NCBI GenBank assembly: GCA_043228905.1
Contig: JBHGNT010000015.1
Coordinates: 14,012,001-14,076,000, forward strand
Source: Azolla caroliniana
Lineage: Eukaryota > Plantae > Polypodiophyta
Length of the DNA stretch: 64,000 bases
Direction of reading: 5' to 3'
In this document: in pieces, positions 1-13,407 of the stretch
Numbering within the stretch: the first letter of the stretch is position 1
How the letters are laid out: every line of letters starts with the position of its first letter
Notes under the pieces: model-generated
What the model was told of the DNA's origin: nothing
What the model saw: the letters and a program-made list of their open reading frames with translations, nothing else
Databases searched by the model: none
Made by a program: the position numbers and the translations under genes

Positions 1-652
1 ATCAATCACTTGATAATATTGAACTTGGTAATCTAGTTCGTCCACCACAGAGAGATATTTACGTGGGGCCAAGAGTTTCATGTATTGCAGCGGCGAGATG
101 GCAAGGAAATTTGCAAGAGTTACAAGTTGGGATGTTGATTGCAATGTTAGCTAGGGATAATGAGTTGGGTCATCCATTTTAGATAGTTAAGATTGTAGAA
201 CTATTGAAGGATGAGCAAGGCAATCAACTAAAGTCCCTTGTGGTTCATTGGTATCATACCACATCCCATGATGCATTTATGGGAAAGTATTCTTTAGAGA
301 TGATTAAAGATGTCGAAGGCATGTCAAGTAGAAAACGAAGAAGATTGTACCCAACACAAGCACTCTCACATTGGATAATGTAGATATTCTTGTGTATGAT
401 TTCTCATTAACAAAAATAGGTCATTTCCGACAGATCACAATCAAGATCCTGAAAGAGAAGATCCCAAATATAGCTCTAGCCATACCACGAAGACGAACAA
501 GAAGCATGATGCATAACCCTAATGACGTAGGTTTGCAACTTGATGAAGACAATTCATTAATTGCTAGAGATGATGAGGACGAGACCTCTCAGAGAACTTC
601 TAGTTCATTTGATGGCTCTGAGGAAGATGGTATTGACTTGGCAAATAATTGA
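1..652 (+). pseudogene. 3' part of a decayed ORF of unknown function, probably transposon-associated
   Basis: Frame 3 reads QSLDNIELG...LQVGMLIAMLARDNELGHPF*IVKIVELL...LVVHWYHT...FMGKYSLEM with one stop (likely TGG>TAG). A frameshift near 350-370 leads into the ORF ending at 652, which has an acidic tail. No family assigned with confidence. Confidence 0.45.
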
Positions 653-1019
653 TCTGGTACATAAACTATGATTTTGTATTGTATGTCAATATGTAGATTC
701 ACGAATTTGTAAAAATATTAGTACTACTCATTTCTTTACATTGATTTGTAATTTTGGCTACCCCATTATAAAGCCTTTTTTGGGATTGTTTATATTCTCA
801 AAATGCTAGAAATCAATATATTTTTGGATCTATTGTACAAATACTTTACGCATGCGACACCCCTTTTGGTGAAATGAGATGTATTATGCCATTTTTTGAT
901 AGACAATTCTCAAATTGCGACATATTACCTATTTGAAATGTCACTGCGTTAAAGAACATATAATTTAAAGTAAGAAGAGACGTATTCACATGTCGTGCTT
1001 TAAATATTTAATGAGTAAG

Positions 1020-1324
1020 TACTATTGTTTCATAAGCAAACAACATCTAATTTAAAGTAAGAAACTGGATTGTAGTCACATGACATGTTTTAAACATGAG
1101 TTCATGAGTAAGTGTTGTAGTGAACAATGCTTGTTGAGTAGTTTTGCGTCTTCAATGAAGAAAAATGCAAGGTAGCCAATAGATGCATAGGTAAGAAAAA
1201 AATGATACATTTTGAACCTTTTTTTAATTCGTTTAATTTCATTCAATTTCCTACATCGACCGATACAACAACTAATGTTGGCCTGCGTGAACGCATATCT
1301 TTAACAGTACCCCTGCCAATGAAG
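1020..1324 (+). repeat. Left arm of ~300-bp inverted repeat (pairs with 19394-19671)
   Basis: The reverse complement (cttcattggcagggg...tcacgcaggc...gatgtaggaaattgaatgaaattaaac...cattgaagacgcaaaactac...gcattgttcact...ctttaaattagatgttgtttgcttatgaaacaat) is colinear with 19394-19671, apart from one ~27-bp indel. Confidence 0.9.
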
Positions 1325-1744
1325 AGATGATGGCCCATCATTTAGTCAATCATCACAAGCAATCAATTAATGTGCCACCAAGAAACGATCAATCAAAAAC
1401 TAGTACGTACATCGAGATTAATTGGACGTCAAAATTCTGCAAATTCCACGTTCACAACCAAACATGAAAACATAAACATGTTAAGAATCCAAAACAAAGG
1501 ATCCATTTAATCTCTATTGTATCTATAGACAAGAAAGATACATAGTGAAATCCAAATATATAGAAAAACATCACAAACTAGCACGTACATCGAGACAATT
1601 GGACGTCTAAATTCTGCAAAGGCTACGTTCACAGCCAAACATGAAAATATAAACATATTAAGAAACCAAAACAAAGGAGCCATTTAACATGTGAACCATA
1701 AAAATAGAAAAAGGCCAGTGTACACATTGCATTATGACCATTCG

Positions 1745-2390
1745 TCAACATATCAATGCCATGAATTTCAAAACTTTGTAAGCAACACCCACCAAGAAAA
1801 CTAATAAAAGAGAAACTATCCCAACAGATGTCAATGACAATTGACCATCTTTAATATCAATATAGAGGGTCGGAGAGGGAAAAACGATCGTCCATAAGAA
1901 ACCGAAATAGGTAAGGGCAAGCTGCAACTCATTGATTTTGCCACCTTTCTCCTCCTGAAGGAAAGATCGGTATAATAAAAGGTCAACACATAATCCAAAA
2001 GGTCATGAACATGAGAGGTTTCATACCTTTTTAACAGAAACATGCCAACCATAAACCTCCAACCCTTGTGAAACCTAAAAGGAGAAGAGATAGCAAAGCT
2101 ATATACAAGAAAAACAATCAACCTGAAAAGAACATTAATTTGAATAATTTAAGTTACTTTTTTAATAACTTGACATTTTCAGACAAGCACTCCAAGTTAG
2201 TCTGCAAATATCCTTAAAGTTTTTCAATATTTGGATCTTCAATACTTGTGAACAACATTTGACGTAGAATTACATCCTTTGCAGCAAATACGACATCAAG
2301 GGTTGACACGACATACAACAAAAGGGTTCGAAGTGAAACATTTAAATGACCACTACAACCATCCTCCTTCATTAAATCTGCCTTCGTTAC
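1745..2390 (-). pseudogene. MRS2/CorA-like gene copy 1 (last two exons open, internal deletion near 2325)
   Basis: Exons 1745-1954 (EEKGGKINELQLALTYF...FMALIC*) and 2027-2074 (VSQGLEVYGWHVSVKK) have GT-AG borders. The exon ending at 2158 is truncated by a deletion that joins it to N-terminal sequence. Confidence 0.75.
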
Positions 2391-3191
2391 TTTGGGACTT
2401 CATCTATTACGGAAACATTCAAAAGAAAAGATTGACCACATACCACATATGTACTATCTACAACTATTCCTAAGGGCTAAAGAAAAAGCCATTAACAACC
2501 AGCCGAATCACCACATATCAGTCACATATATAGTTTCATCCAATGTCGCCTCTATATATTCATGACCAGCAAGTACCAACAATAAAGGGAAGGATAAAAC
2601 AAATATATGCCTGTCAATTGTACAAAATATAAGCTGCAACATTCAATATTGACACCCTTACTCTTTATCACCCAATTTAGTACTACAAATGATGTTGGTG
2701 TTGAAGCTTGTTACATAATACACCTGGCTTTTTTTTCCTTCTTGAACAACCCATACTAATATATGACATCTGTTCAAATAAAGCTCTGTTGTATCTATAG
2801 ACAACAAAGATACATGGTGAAATCCAAATATACAGAAAAACATCAAAAACTAGCACATACATCAAGATCAATTGGACATCTACAATCTTCAAATTCCACG
2901 TTGACAGCGAAACATTAAAAGAAAAATATGTTAAGAACCCAAAACAAAGGAGCCATTAAAGCTCTGTTGTATCTAAAGACAAGAAAGATACATAGTGAAA
3001 TCCAAATATATAGAAAAACATCAAAAACTAGCACGTACATCGAGATCAATTGGACGTCTAAATTCTGCAAATGCTACGTTCACAGCCAAACATATAAACA
3101 TAAACATGTTACGAAACCAAAACAAAGGAGCCAATTAACATGTGAACCATAAAAATAGAAAAAGGCCAGTGTACACATTGCATTATGACCA

Positions 3192-4365
3192 TTCGTGAAC
3201 ATATCAATCACAGGAATTTCAAGACTTTGTAAGCAACACCCACCAAGAAAATGAATCAAAGAGAAACTATCCCAACAGATGTCAATGACAATTGACCATC
3301 TTTAATATCAATATAGAGGGTCGGATAGAGAAAAAAGATCGTCAATAAGAAACCGAAGTAGGTAAGGGCAAGCTGCAACTCATTGATTTTGCCACCTTTC
3401 TCCTCTTGAAGGAAAGATCGGTATAACAAAAGGTCAACACATAATCCAAAAGGTCATGAACACGAGAGGTTTCGTACCTTCTTAATAGAAACATGCCAAC
3501 CATAAACCTCCAACCCTTGTGAAACCTAAAAGGAGAAGAGATAGCAAAGCTACATACAAGCAAAACAATCAACCTGAAAAGAGCATTAATTTGAATTATT
3601 TTAGTTCCTTATTTTAATAACTTGACATTTTCAGACAAGGACTCCAAGTTAGTCTGCAAATATCCTTGAAGTTTTTCAATATTTGGATCTTCAATACTTG
3701 TGAACAACATTTGACGAAGAATTGTATCCTTCGCAGCAAATACGACATCAAGGGCTGACAGAACATACATCAAAAGTTCTACACAGGCCCTAATGCTTTG
3801 TTCTTGTTCTTCCATTGCCAAATTGCTAGATGAGCCTTTAGATTTTGCATCCTCTAAGAACTTATTTGCAGCTTCATTCAAGGATTTCGCTTATAAAACA
3901 CAAAAATAAACCAAATCAATATACGCTTTTTCCAAAATTTCAAGAAAAACGTATATTTGCATCAAGCAATAACCAAAGAAACATACTAGTAGTTGCTTGC
4001 ACAAAGGAAACAAAATGTGTACAGAAAACAAGGGTTTTGGATTTTACCTTACTAATGTACCAATCCAATGATGTTCGAAGTGCATACACATAAATATTCA
4101 GAGGATATGGAGCAACACTTCGTAATTTATCATCGGCCATAGAGTGTGCAAGATTCGTGTACATTTCAAACTGTCTACATTGTGTCAAAAAATAAGAGAG
4201 ATTTTTTCTCTGTTTGAAGGATCATAAGGTTTCCAAGTGAGAATATCAAAACATAATACTCCATTGAAATTCTTGGGGCTGGAGGTAGAGACGAAATGAT
4301 AAACAAAAGGTTTCGAAGTGAAACATTTAAACGACCACTAAAACCATCCTCCTTCATTAAATCCG
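3192..4365 (-). pseudogene. MRS2/CorA-like gene copy 2 (all four exon blocks, splice sites and stop decayed)
   Basis: Contains the blocks KEDGFSG...PRISMEYYVLIFSLGNLMILQTEKKSLLF, FEMYTNLAHSMADD...PYPLNIYVYALRTSLDWYISK followed by the donor gtaaaa, then LNEAANKFLEDAKSK...ENVKLLK, the 48-nt exon and the TM exon. Two acceptors are mutated AG>AA. Confidence 0.75.
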
Positions 4366-5166
4366 CCTTCGTTACTTTGGGACTTCATCTATTACGGAAA
4401 CATTCAAAAGAAAAGATTGACCACATACCACATATGTACTATCTACAACTATTCCTAAGGGCTAAAGAAAAAGTCATTAACAACCAACCGAATCACCACA
4501 TATCAGTCACATATATAGTTTCATCCAATGTCGCCTCTATATTTTCATGACCAGCAAGTACCAACAATAAAACAAAGGATAAAACCAATATATCCATGTC
4601 ACTTGTACAAAATATAAGCTGCAACATTCAATATTGACACCCTTACTATTTATCACCCAATTTAGTACTACAAATGATGTTGGTGTTGAAGCTTGTGACA
4701 TAATACACCTGACTTTTTTTTCCTTCTTGAGCAACCCATACTAATATATGACATCTATTCAAATAAAGCTCTGTTGTATCTATAGACAACAAAGATTCAT
4801 GGTGAAATCCAAATATACAGAAAAACATAAAAAACTAGCACATACATCGAGATCAATTGGACGTCTACAATCTTCAAATTCCACGTTGACAACCAAATAT
4901 TAAAACATAAACATGCTAAGAAACAAAAACAAAGGAGCCATTAAAGCTCTATTGTATCTATAGTCAAGAAAGATACATAGTGAAATCCAAATATATAGAA
5001 AAACATAAAAAACTAGCACGTACATGGAGATCAATTGGACGTCTAAATTCTTCAAATGCTACGTTCACAGCCAAACATGTTAAGAAACCAAAACAAAGGA
5101 GCCATTTTACATGTGAACCATAAAAATAGAAAAAGGCCAGTGTACACATTACATTATGACCATTCG

Positions 5167-5870
5167 TCAACATATCAATCCCATGAATTTGAAGACTTTG
5201 TAAGCAACACCCACCAAGAAAACTAATAAAAGAGAAACTATCCCAACAGATTTCAATGACAATTGACCATCTTTAATATCAATATAGAGGGTCGGATAAA
5301 GAAAAAAGATCGTCAATAAGAAACCGAAGTAGGTAAGGGCAAGCTGCAACTCATTGATTTTGCCACCTTTCTCTTCCTAAAGGAAAGATTGGTATAACAA
5401 AAAGTCAACACATAATCCAAAAGGTCATGAACACGAGAGGTTTCATACCTTCTTGATAGAAACATGCTAACCATAAACCTCCAACCCTTGTGAAACCTAA
5501 AAGGAGAAGATATAGCGAAGCTACATACAAGCAAAACAGTCAACCTGAAAAGAGCATTAATTTGATTTATTTAAGTTACTTATTTTAATAACTTGACATT
5601 TTCAGACCAGGACTCCAAGTTAATCTGCAAATATCCTTGAAGGTTTTCAATACTTGTGAACAACATTTGACGAAGAGTTTTATCCTTCGCAGCAAATACG
5701 ACATCAAGGGCTGACACAACATACATCAAAAGATCTACACAAGCCCTAATGCTTTGTTCTTGTTCTTCCATTACGAAACTGCTAGAGGAGCCTTTAGATT
5801 TTGCATCCTCTAGGAACTTATTTGCAGCTTCATTCAAGGATTTCGGCTAAAAAACACAAAAGTCAACCAG
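5167..5870 (-). pseudogene. MRS2/CorA-like gene copy 3 (3' exons only)
   Basis: ORF-track pieces 5167-5349 and 5580-5837. The copy ends in the intron at an LTR fragment starting at 5871. Confidence 0.75.
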
Positions 5871-5970
5871 TGTCATGAGATGGCAAATAGCGAACCCAAT
5901 CACCTTATGATATATGGGTCGAGCTTTGGACCATTAAACCATACATTGTAATACGTAAAATATTATTTTC
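5871..5970 (+). mobile_element. 5' fragment of the chromovirus LTR, at the same insertion site as the solo LTR at 7114
   Basis: The junction aagtcaaccag|TGTCATGAGATGGCAAA is identical to the one at 7114. Confidence 0.9.
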
Positions 5971-6389
5971 AAATAAATCTCTGTTGTATCTATAGATAAC
6001 AAAGATACATGATGAAATCCAAATATACAGAAAAACATCAAAAACTAGCACATACATCGAGATCATTTGGACGTCTACAATCTTCAAATTCCAGGTTTAC
6101 ATCCAAACATTAAAACATAAACATGTTAAGAAACCAAAACAAAGGAGCCATTTAAGCTTTGTTGTATGTATAGACAACATAGATACATAGTGAAATCCAA
6201 ATATATAGAAAAACATCAAAAACTAGCACGTACATCGAGATCAATTGGACGTCTAAATTCTGCAAATGCTACGTTCACAGCCAAACATGAAAACATAAAC
6301 ATGTTAAGAAACCAAAACAAAGGAGCCATTTAAAATTTGAACCATAAAAATAGAAAAAGGCCACTAAAACATTGCATTGTGACCATTAG

Positions 6390-8187
6390 TCAACCTATCA
6401 ATCCCATGAATTTCAAGACTTTGTAAGCAACACCCAGCAAGAAACTAATAAAAGAGAAACTATCCCAACAGATGTCAATGACAATTGACCATCTTTAATA
6501 ACAATATAGAGGGTCGGATAGGGAACAAATGATCGCCAATAAGAAACCGATGTAGGTAAGGGCAAGTTGCACCTCATTGATTTTGCCACTTTTCTCTTCC
6601 TGAAGTAAAGATTGGTATAATAAATGGTCAACACATAATCCAAAAGGTCATGAACACGAGAGGTTTCATACCTTCTTAATAGAAACATGCCAACCATAAA
6701 CCTCCGACCCTTGTGAAACCTAAAAGGAGAAGAGATAGCAAAGCTACATACAAGCAAAACAGTCAACCTGAAAAGAACATTAATTTGAATTATTTAAGTT
6801 ACTGATTTTAGTAACTTGACATTTTCAGACAAGCATTCCAAGTTAGTCTGCAAATATCCTTGAAGTTTTTGAATATTTGGATCTTCAATACTTGTGAACA
6901 ACATTTGAGGTAGAATTGTATCCTTCACAGCAAATACAACATCAAGGGCTGACAGAACATACATCAAAAGATCTGCACAGGCCCTAATGCTTTGTTCTTG
7001 TTCTTCCATTGCGAAACTGCTAGAGTAGCCTTTAAGAACTTATTTGCATCCTCTAAGAACTTATTTGCAGTTTCATTCAAGGATTTCGCCTATAAAACAC
7101 AAAAGTCAACCAGTGTCATGAGATGGCAAAACGCGAACCCATGACCTTATGATATATGGGTCGAGCTCTGGACCATTAGACCATACATTGTAATACGTAA
7201 AATATTATTTTCATTTAAGTTTTATTATAGAAAATTGATGTATATTCAACACTTCTTTGGAACATTCTAGAAACTTTTGGAGTATTCCTCAGAACAATAT
7301 AAAAGGAGGCACAAGGCATTATTTTGAACCAAATCGGTTCATCGCCAGTCTTAAGCCTCCTAGCTACTATTGTACATGCTCTTCACATAATATATATCTT
7401 TTCTTATCCTCACTCTCTGTCTGTCTGTCTCTCGATCTCTCTCTCCCTCCCTCTCACTTACTCTTTCCTTCTCTCGGGAGTTCTTCACCTCTCCTAGTAC
7501 TAATACTTCTTTTAGTACTAACTCCTTCTCTGTCTTAGTATTGTTCCTAACAACTAAATCAACACCTCGTAATATATCATCGGCCATAGAGTTTGCAAGA
7601 TTTGTGTAGATTTCAAACTGTCTCCTTTGCATCAAAAAATAAGAGAGATTTTTGCTCTGTCTGAAGGATCATAAGGTATCCAAGTGAGAAGATCAAAACA
7701 TTATACTCCATTGAAATTCTTGGTGTTGGAGGTAGACACGAAATGCTGACCAAAAGCCTTCTAAATGAAACATTTAAAAGGCCACTAAAACACTCCTTCA
7801 ATAAATCTGCAAATGGCCATTCGCACCCTCCCTAATAATACACATGAAATGGAATCTTGCAGGAGGTATATCTATGCAAACTGCAGGTGAAGGAGGATGC
7901 ACAGAGTCCACAACACGTGATGATGAAACTCCAGATGATGCACTTTCAACGCCATCATCAATTGAAACCTCCATAGCTGCTATAGGAATCTCATCGAATG
8001 GTGGAAGAGAGATTCGTGGCGAAAAGAAACGGCAAATGCGACGAAGAGACCACAGGTGTTCATGTCTGTCATCAGCTAATACCTCCACAACAGAGATTCG
8101 TGGCCAAACCAAACGACAGACACCATGACGAAGAGATGATGTCCCTTCATGAGGTAAAGCAAAAAAATCGGCATTCTCTTGCGCCAT
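6390..8187 (-). pseudogene. MRS2/CorA-like gene copy 4 including N-terminal exon, interrupted by a solo LTR
   Basis: N-terminal MEVSIDDGVESASSGVSS...FMCIIREGANG and VSFRRLLVSIS...LQTEQKSLLFFD lie at 7553-8187. The 3' exons lie at 6390-7090 and carry frameshifts. Confidence 0.75.
7114..7552 (+). mobile_element. Solo LTR of chromovirus family A
   Basis: TGTCA...TAACA ends. Flanks ACCAG/ACTAA both derive from ACCAA seen in the empty site at ~18059. Colinear with the reverse complement of LTR 56479-56927. Confidence 0.9.
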
Positions 8188-9056
8188 CCTTACAATCTCA
8201 TGATAATGCTACAAGTAACTTATCATAAAGCAACCCTCCTGCTCCTGCTTATCATTGGATACCATGCCATCAACATTACTATAAAAATTAGCCAAACTTG
8301 TAGCAAATTTTTTATAAAAAAAAAGCTTCATCACAATTAAAATGTGATTGATATGTTTATGTATATAGATTGCAGATAAACGAAGAAACAAATATGAAAT
8401 ACAATACGGGTATGAGAGGGTGGAAATTTTTGCAATGTCCCAAACCAGTGTTGGGCAAAGTCTCTAGCCCGTACCGGAAATTTTCTTGCTACTTATGATC
8501 CTAACCGGAATTTAGAAATTTTAACCGGCCAATTTCCTACAAGCAGTAATAACAACTAGAACATGTTGAATTTTCTTTTGCACATACCAAATCAAATCAA
8601 TTTTTTTGGCACATACCAAATTAACATTCATTCAATATGTGCAAGGTCAAGCTTAGAATGGCAATATTTCATAGAGACCTACAATATTTGTTATCAAGAT
8701 GGTACTAACTATTTTCCTTTTAATGTGAACACAACAATGCTTGACATTCAAACAACATCCTAAACTTTAAATAAAAAAGCTGACCAATGTTGAACATTAT
8801 TGCATATACAAACTTTACAACATTAACATAATCAAGTACCAGAAAACAAGTATGAAGATTTATAATCTCTCATTATTTGATCATCTGTTATATACATTTG
8901 TTCTATTGCAAGCACAATCCTTGCTTTCATATACAAGAAACAATTTGACAAATCAATTGAATAATCAAATCTAGCATGATAATCAAATTACTTTGACAAA
9001 AGAAAGTAGATAAAGAGATTGACATGTAAAAGGTTTGACATCAATGCAAACAATAC

Positions 9057-9184
9057 CTTCAATGATGGTCGTGGGGTGCATGTATTTCACTTTAAATTTT
9101 TCTGCTTCTTGTAAAAGTTTCCCTTCTAGAACGACCATTGGCATTGTCCCATCTCCAACCTCATCATCTTGAACTACAATATAA
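9057..9184 (-). pseudogene. CCT2: Captured exon of T-complex protein 1 subunit beta (chaperonin CCT2)
   Basis: cag|...[39 protein letters not shown](G)|gtattg matches the CCT-beta motif [27 protein letters not shown]...IHPMTIIAG. AG/GT borders are retained. A probable decayed next exon (GFRMLFEC..ALL..KEN) lies at ~8710-8766. Confidence 0.85.
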
Positions 9185-9988
9185 CTGTATAGACAAGAAC
9201 ACTAGATGACATGAAGCTTAAACATTTCATGTTTGCTCCCTAGAATGAGAGCTCCAGAATAAGATTGACACATCATTCACTAAAATAACAATGTATTTAT
9301 AAGATTGACACATCATTCCCTACTAGAAATATTTATAAATTGCATTTATAAGGTATTATCTCACAACTTCCACTACATAAAGTGAAATATTTATTTCTAA
9401 CATGAGGCTTGTAATACTTAGGGTGTTTGCCGAATGGAAATAAAACATTTCTAAAGGAAACTATGCAGTTCTTTTGTTAGCTTATTGATCAATGATAAGT
9501 ATTTTTCTACTCAACGCCTGTGAGATTGCAGTGTTTTCCCATTGTTTTCTATTATATTTTATGCATGAAAAGAGAAGTCGAGAAATATTTCCCAAACAAT
9601 GTTGTCAAGAACAAAATACAAAGATAATTATGTTAAGGAACAGGCAACTAACTCAACTAACTGGAAATTTTGCAAATGGCCTATAAGACCAAATAAGAGA
9701 TTACATCTTAAGTGTTGTCTCGTTTTTGAGAACAAATCAAAATAAAATAAATATTACACAGTAAATATAAAAGTAAATAAATGAAAAGAAAAGAAATGAG
9801 GGAATCTGGTTTTTGGCACATGTGAGATCCTCAAGTTAGGTATATTGTAGCTTTTGTCTTCGAAAGATCTCTAGCATAGGTCCATCTAGAATGGAAATGT
9901 CTCCGAAGTGAGGGAAGCACCTACGATGGCGGGAGATAATGGCTTTTATCTGTCGATGACAAGGGTGTCAAGGTCATGGTCCATGGGG

Positions 9989-12900
9989 CTAAGACCTACG
10001 TCCACGGCAAATTGCCATTGCCCGATCAATTGTAACCCCTTTGTTATGTCCTAGTCTGAAGCCCATTTGTGTATCCCGGGGTTGACTTCTAGCATTAGGA
10101 GTGATGGGGCTAAAGAAAGTTGTGATTGTTCTTTGTGGATGAGCTTGTGTGTCTGTATTCTTCAACAACTTTTCCCGACGTCTCTTGAGCTCTAGCAAGA
10201 AAAGTCCTAGGCATCGTTGGTCCTCATATTCCATTATCTTGCGTAGTGGGCCAAAGCCATGTTTAAAGAGGCAATGGTATCTCCCTCTGATTTCATAAAA
10301 GACACTACAATGACAAACATAGTGCTCTTCAGATTCCACTCCTTGATGACACAATTGGCAAATTTTCTCTTCAAGAGGTAGTCGTGTATATCTACCTACC
10401 TCAATCTATAGCTGATGTGATGAAGTTCGCAGCTGCCCTATCACACTACGCAGCGCATAGGATAGATGTATGTCCATATAAGGTGGCCTGATGACAAATC
10501 CATCCTCCGATGTATGTAAGAAGTGTGTCTTATAGTGGGTCATCTATGTACCAAGTGATCACTCTATTCTTTTCCACTTTGGTCATATTTAGATGGGGAC
10601 AATCCAAGCTATATTGGAACGAGGGTAGTGCATTTATACTCATGCCATGTGACTCGAGCCATTGCTGCATTTCAGCATACCAACAATGAGTGTCTCCATT
10701 TTCAGCCAGTTGTTTTGATGACATAAGTGCCAACCTTGGGTACCTTCGTTTAGGGAGATCCCAAAGACGTTGGATCAATGTCACTGATCGGAACAACGTC
10801 TCGGTTATTATAGGTGTTGCTCCCATCTTTGCCCGGATTATATCGTTGGGCACCGATGCTTTGCTCCTTATCATGCGAGCAATCATTGACACTAAAGGCC
10901 TCTCTAAATCTTTCCAATGATTTTCCTTGTTAAGACTCGGTCCCCATGTCTCTACTCCATAGAGAAGAGTTGGTGTGACAAGTGTATCAAATAACCATAG
11001 CTTAGTCTGTGGCTCTTGGAACTGCAAATGTGCACATTGTCTCTCGAGAGCACGAAGGGCTGCATATGCACGAGAAAGTTGGGCACAAGCGGCCTCCTGT
11101 AAGGAGAACCTAGGTCCTGTAAATGTTACTCCTAGGTATGTGTAGGAGAGTGTGTATTCCACCTTTTCCTCTCCCAAGAAGAATTCTGGTTCTGATCTTG
11201 TTACCCAAGCCTAGGTGGTGTTAAACACCATCACTTTAGTTTTATTCATGCTGATTGACAGACCTTTGTCCGTACAAAATAGTTTTAAGGCATTTAGATG
11301 TCTTTGTAGTCCCTCTAGAGAGTAAAAAATCAGCACAATATCATTAGCATATAGTAATATTTGTATAGCTATACTTGTTAGGTGTGCTTCGGAACCCCCA
11401 AATCTCTCTATGTACTGTGATACCTCATCTATATAGAGGCCGAAGAGTGTGGGGGATAGTGGGCATCCTTGCTTCACGCCAATTGTGCTAGCCACTGCCT
11501 TTGACAGATTCATAGAGTGCATAGATTCCCCATTGCATTTCTATAGGAACACCAAGGGCTTCTAGCCGTTGCATAAGCTGAGCATGTGGTAGTGTCAAAG
11601 GCTTTTCAGAAATCCACCAAACAACAATAAATCCTCTTATTGTGGGATCTACCCTCCTCAATAAGGGCCCAGAGGGTGAATATGTGATCCAAAGTTGTGA
11701 ACCCCTTCCGAAAGCCTGCTTGTCCAATTGAATGGAAGCCATTTTGCTCTTACCATATACTCAATTTTGATTCTAGAATCGAGCCATATAGTTTAGCATG
11801 GCCAATCATGATTGTCCTATAGTTGCTTGGCATCATGGGGTCTCCACTCTTGAGGATTGGCACAATGGTATGTTGAGTCCATCTAGTAGGAAAACCTTCA
11901 CACATGGCTCTATTAAAGATGTGTGCTAGCAATAGGAGCAAGGTGTCACAGGCATAGATAAAGTGCTCACCCACCAATCCATCATGATCTTGGGCCTTCC
12001 CAAATTGTAGCCGATCAATGGCATTTCTTACATTTTGTGGTGTAAAGAAGGTTGATTCATGTGGGCATGAGGCATTCGGGTGGGGAAGAGGAGGTTGCCC
12101 CAGGATATCATATAGAACCTTTGCATATTCCTACCACACCTAAGGTGAGGCCAGTCGTGTGTTGGGTTGCTTCTCATTAAACATTTTCCATGCTCTTTTA
12201 CTCTCTTGTCCTAGAAACAAGCTATACAAATGATCTTCAAATTTAGCCAAACAAAATCTCTTCTCCTTCCTCATGAGGCATTGGAAGGTTGCTCTCGCTT
12301 GGTTGTGTGTATAAATGCCCTGAGTTACATCACGACATTCCTCATCATACCAATTATTTTGTATTACTCTACCGAGTTTGGGGGGATTGGCCGTTGTGTG
12401 AGGGAAGGCATTTGTGGCTGCTTTCTGCAACGATTTGGATAAACCTTGGGTAAGTTCTTCAAGGGTTGCGAAAGGATCCAAATCTAGCATGCCATTGTAT
12501 ACACATCAATTGTCTCGCAAGTGAATAGATACTTAGGCAACCCACTCTCCTTAGCATATATATCCTTTGTGCATCCATCCTTTACCTCAAAGCGTAGATA
12601 TGCATGATCAACTGCCAAGCCAATAGGTCTTCCCGATATAGCGAACACTTTTATTTCAGGTATAAGAGATGGAGATCCCATTAGATAATCAATTGTGCTT
12701 GCACCCCCTTTTGGGTTCCAACATGTCAAAGCATTTGATCTAGGCCATTGTGACAAGCCATTATATATCACAAATCTATACGCGCTTCCCAAGGCTAGAA
12801 AGTGTTTTCCATATTCAACTATAGCACTCATATCTTGAGCTTGTCGCTTTAGACCAAGCTCTTCCGCCATAACTTCTCCATAAACAGCCTCGTTCGTGTT

Positions 12901-13401
12901 AAACATAATTGTTTGCTCATCCTTGGTTCGTGTATTAAAATCTCCTAATAGTATTATGTCCCCCATACTAGCAAATCTTATGATATCATCATATAGTGGT
13001 TGATATGGTGATTCACCTAGAGGTGCAAACCTTGATTAGGCAGGTGGATAGTAGCAAATTGCAATATATAATTCCCTAAGATTCCCTCTTTTTATTCGTA
13101 TCCACATGTAGCATGCATCTACATCCTTATGGACAACATGCACTCTACCATGGAGCTCCTCTTTGTATAGCACAACCACTCCTCCCGAACCTCTAGTGCT
13201 TCCTCATGTCCGAGGTTGGGGGAGACATATTGACTCCCATCTATATCCTTGTACCTTGGGGAGTTTGCTAACCATGCATTGGTGAGTCTCTATATACATA
13301 GCAATATCTGTGTTTTTCAATGTATCTTCAAAATATCCGACATCTGTTCGTAGAGAGCCGTTGCAATTCCATATGGTCATGCATAGGGTCTCATAGGCCA
13401 T
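9989..13401 (-). pseudogene. LINE ORF2 (APE endonuclease - reverse transcriptase - Zn knuckle), fragmented
   Basis: Motifs IWNCNGS, IILLGDFNTRT, STIDY, DHAYL, GVKQGCPLSPTLFGLYID, LLYANDIVL (YADD decayed), YTYLGV and ICQLCHQGVESEEHYVCHC. Many stops and frameshifts. Confidence 0.92.
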
Positions 13402-13407
13402 ATAGTG

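Noticed and set aside
1831-2121. Repeated ORF 'MIVFLVYSFAISSPFRFHKGWRF...' (also 3342, 5313, 6413) as a small protein family
   Set aside because: It reads through two introns and a 48-nt exon in the wrong frame. The GT-AG phase-0 model explains the sequence better.
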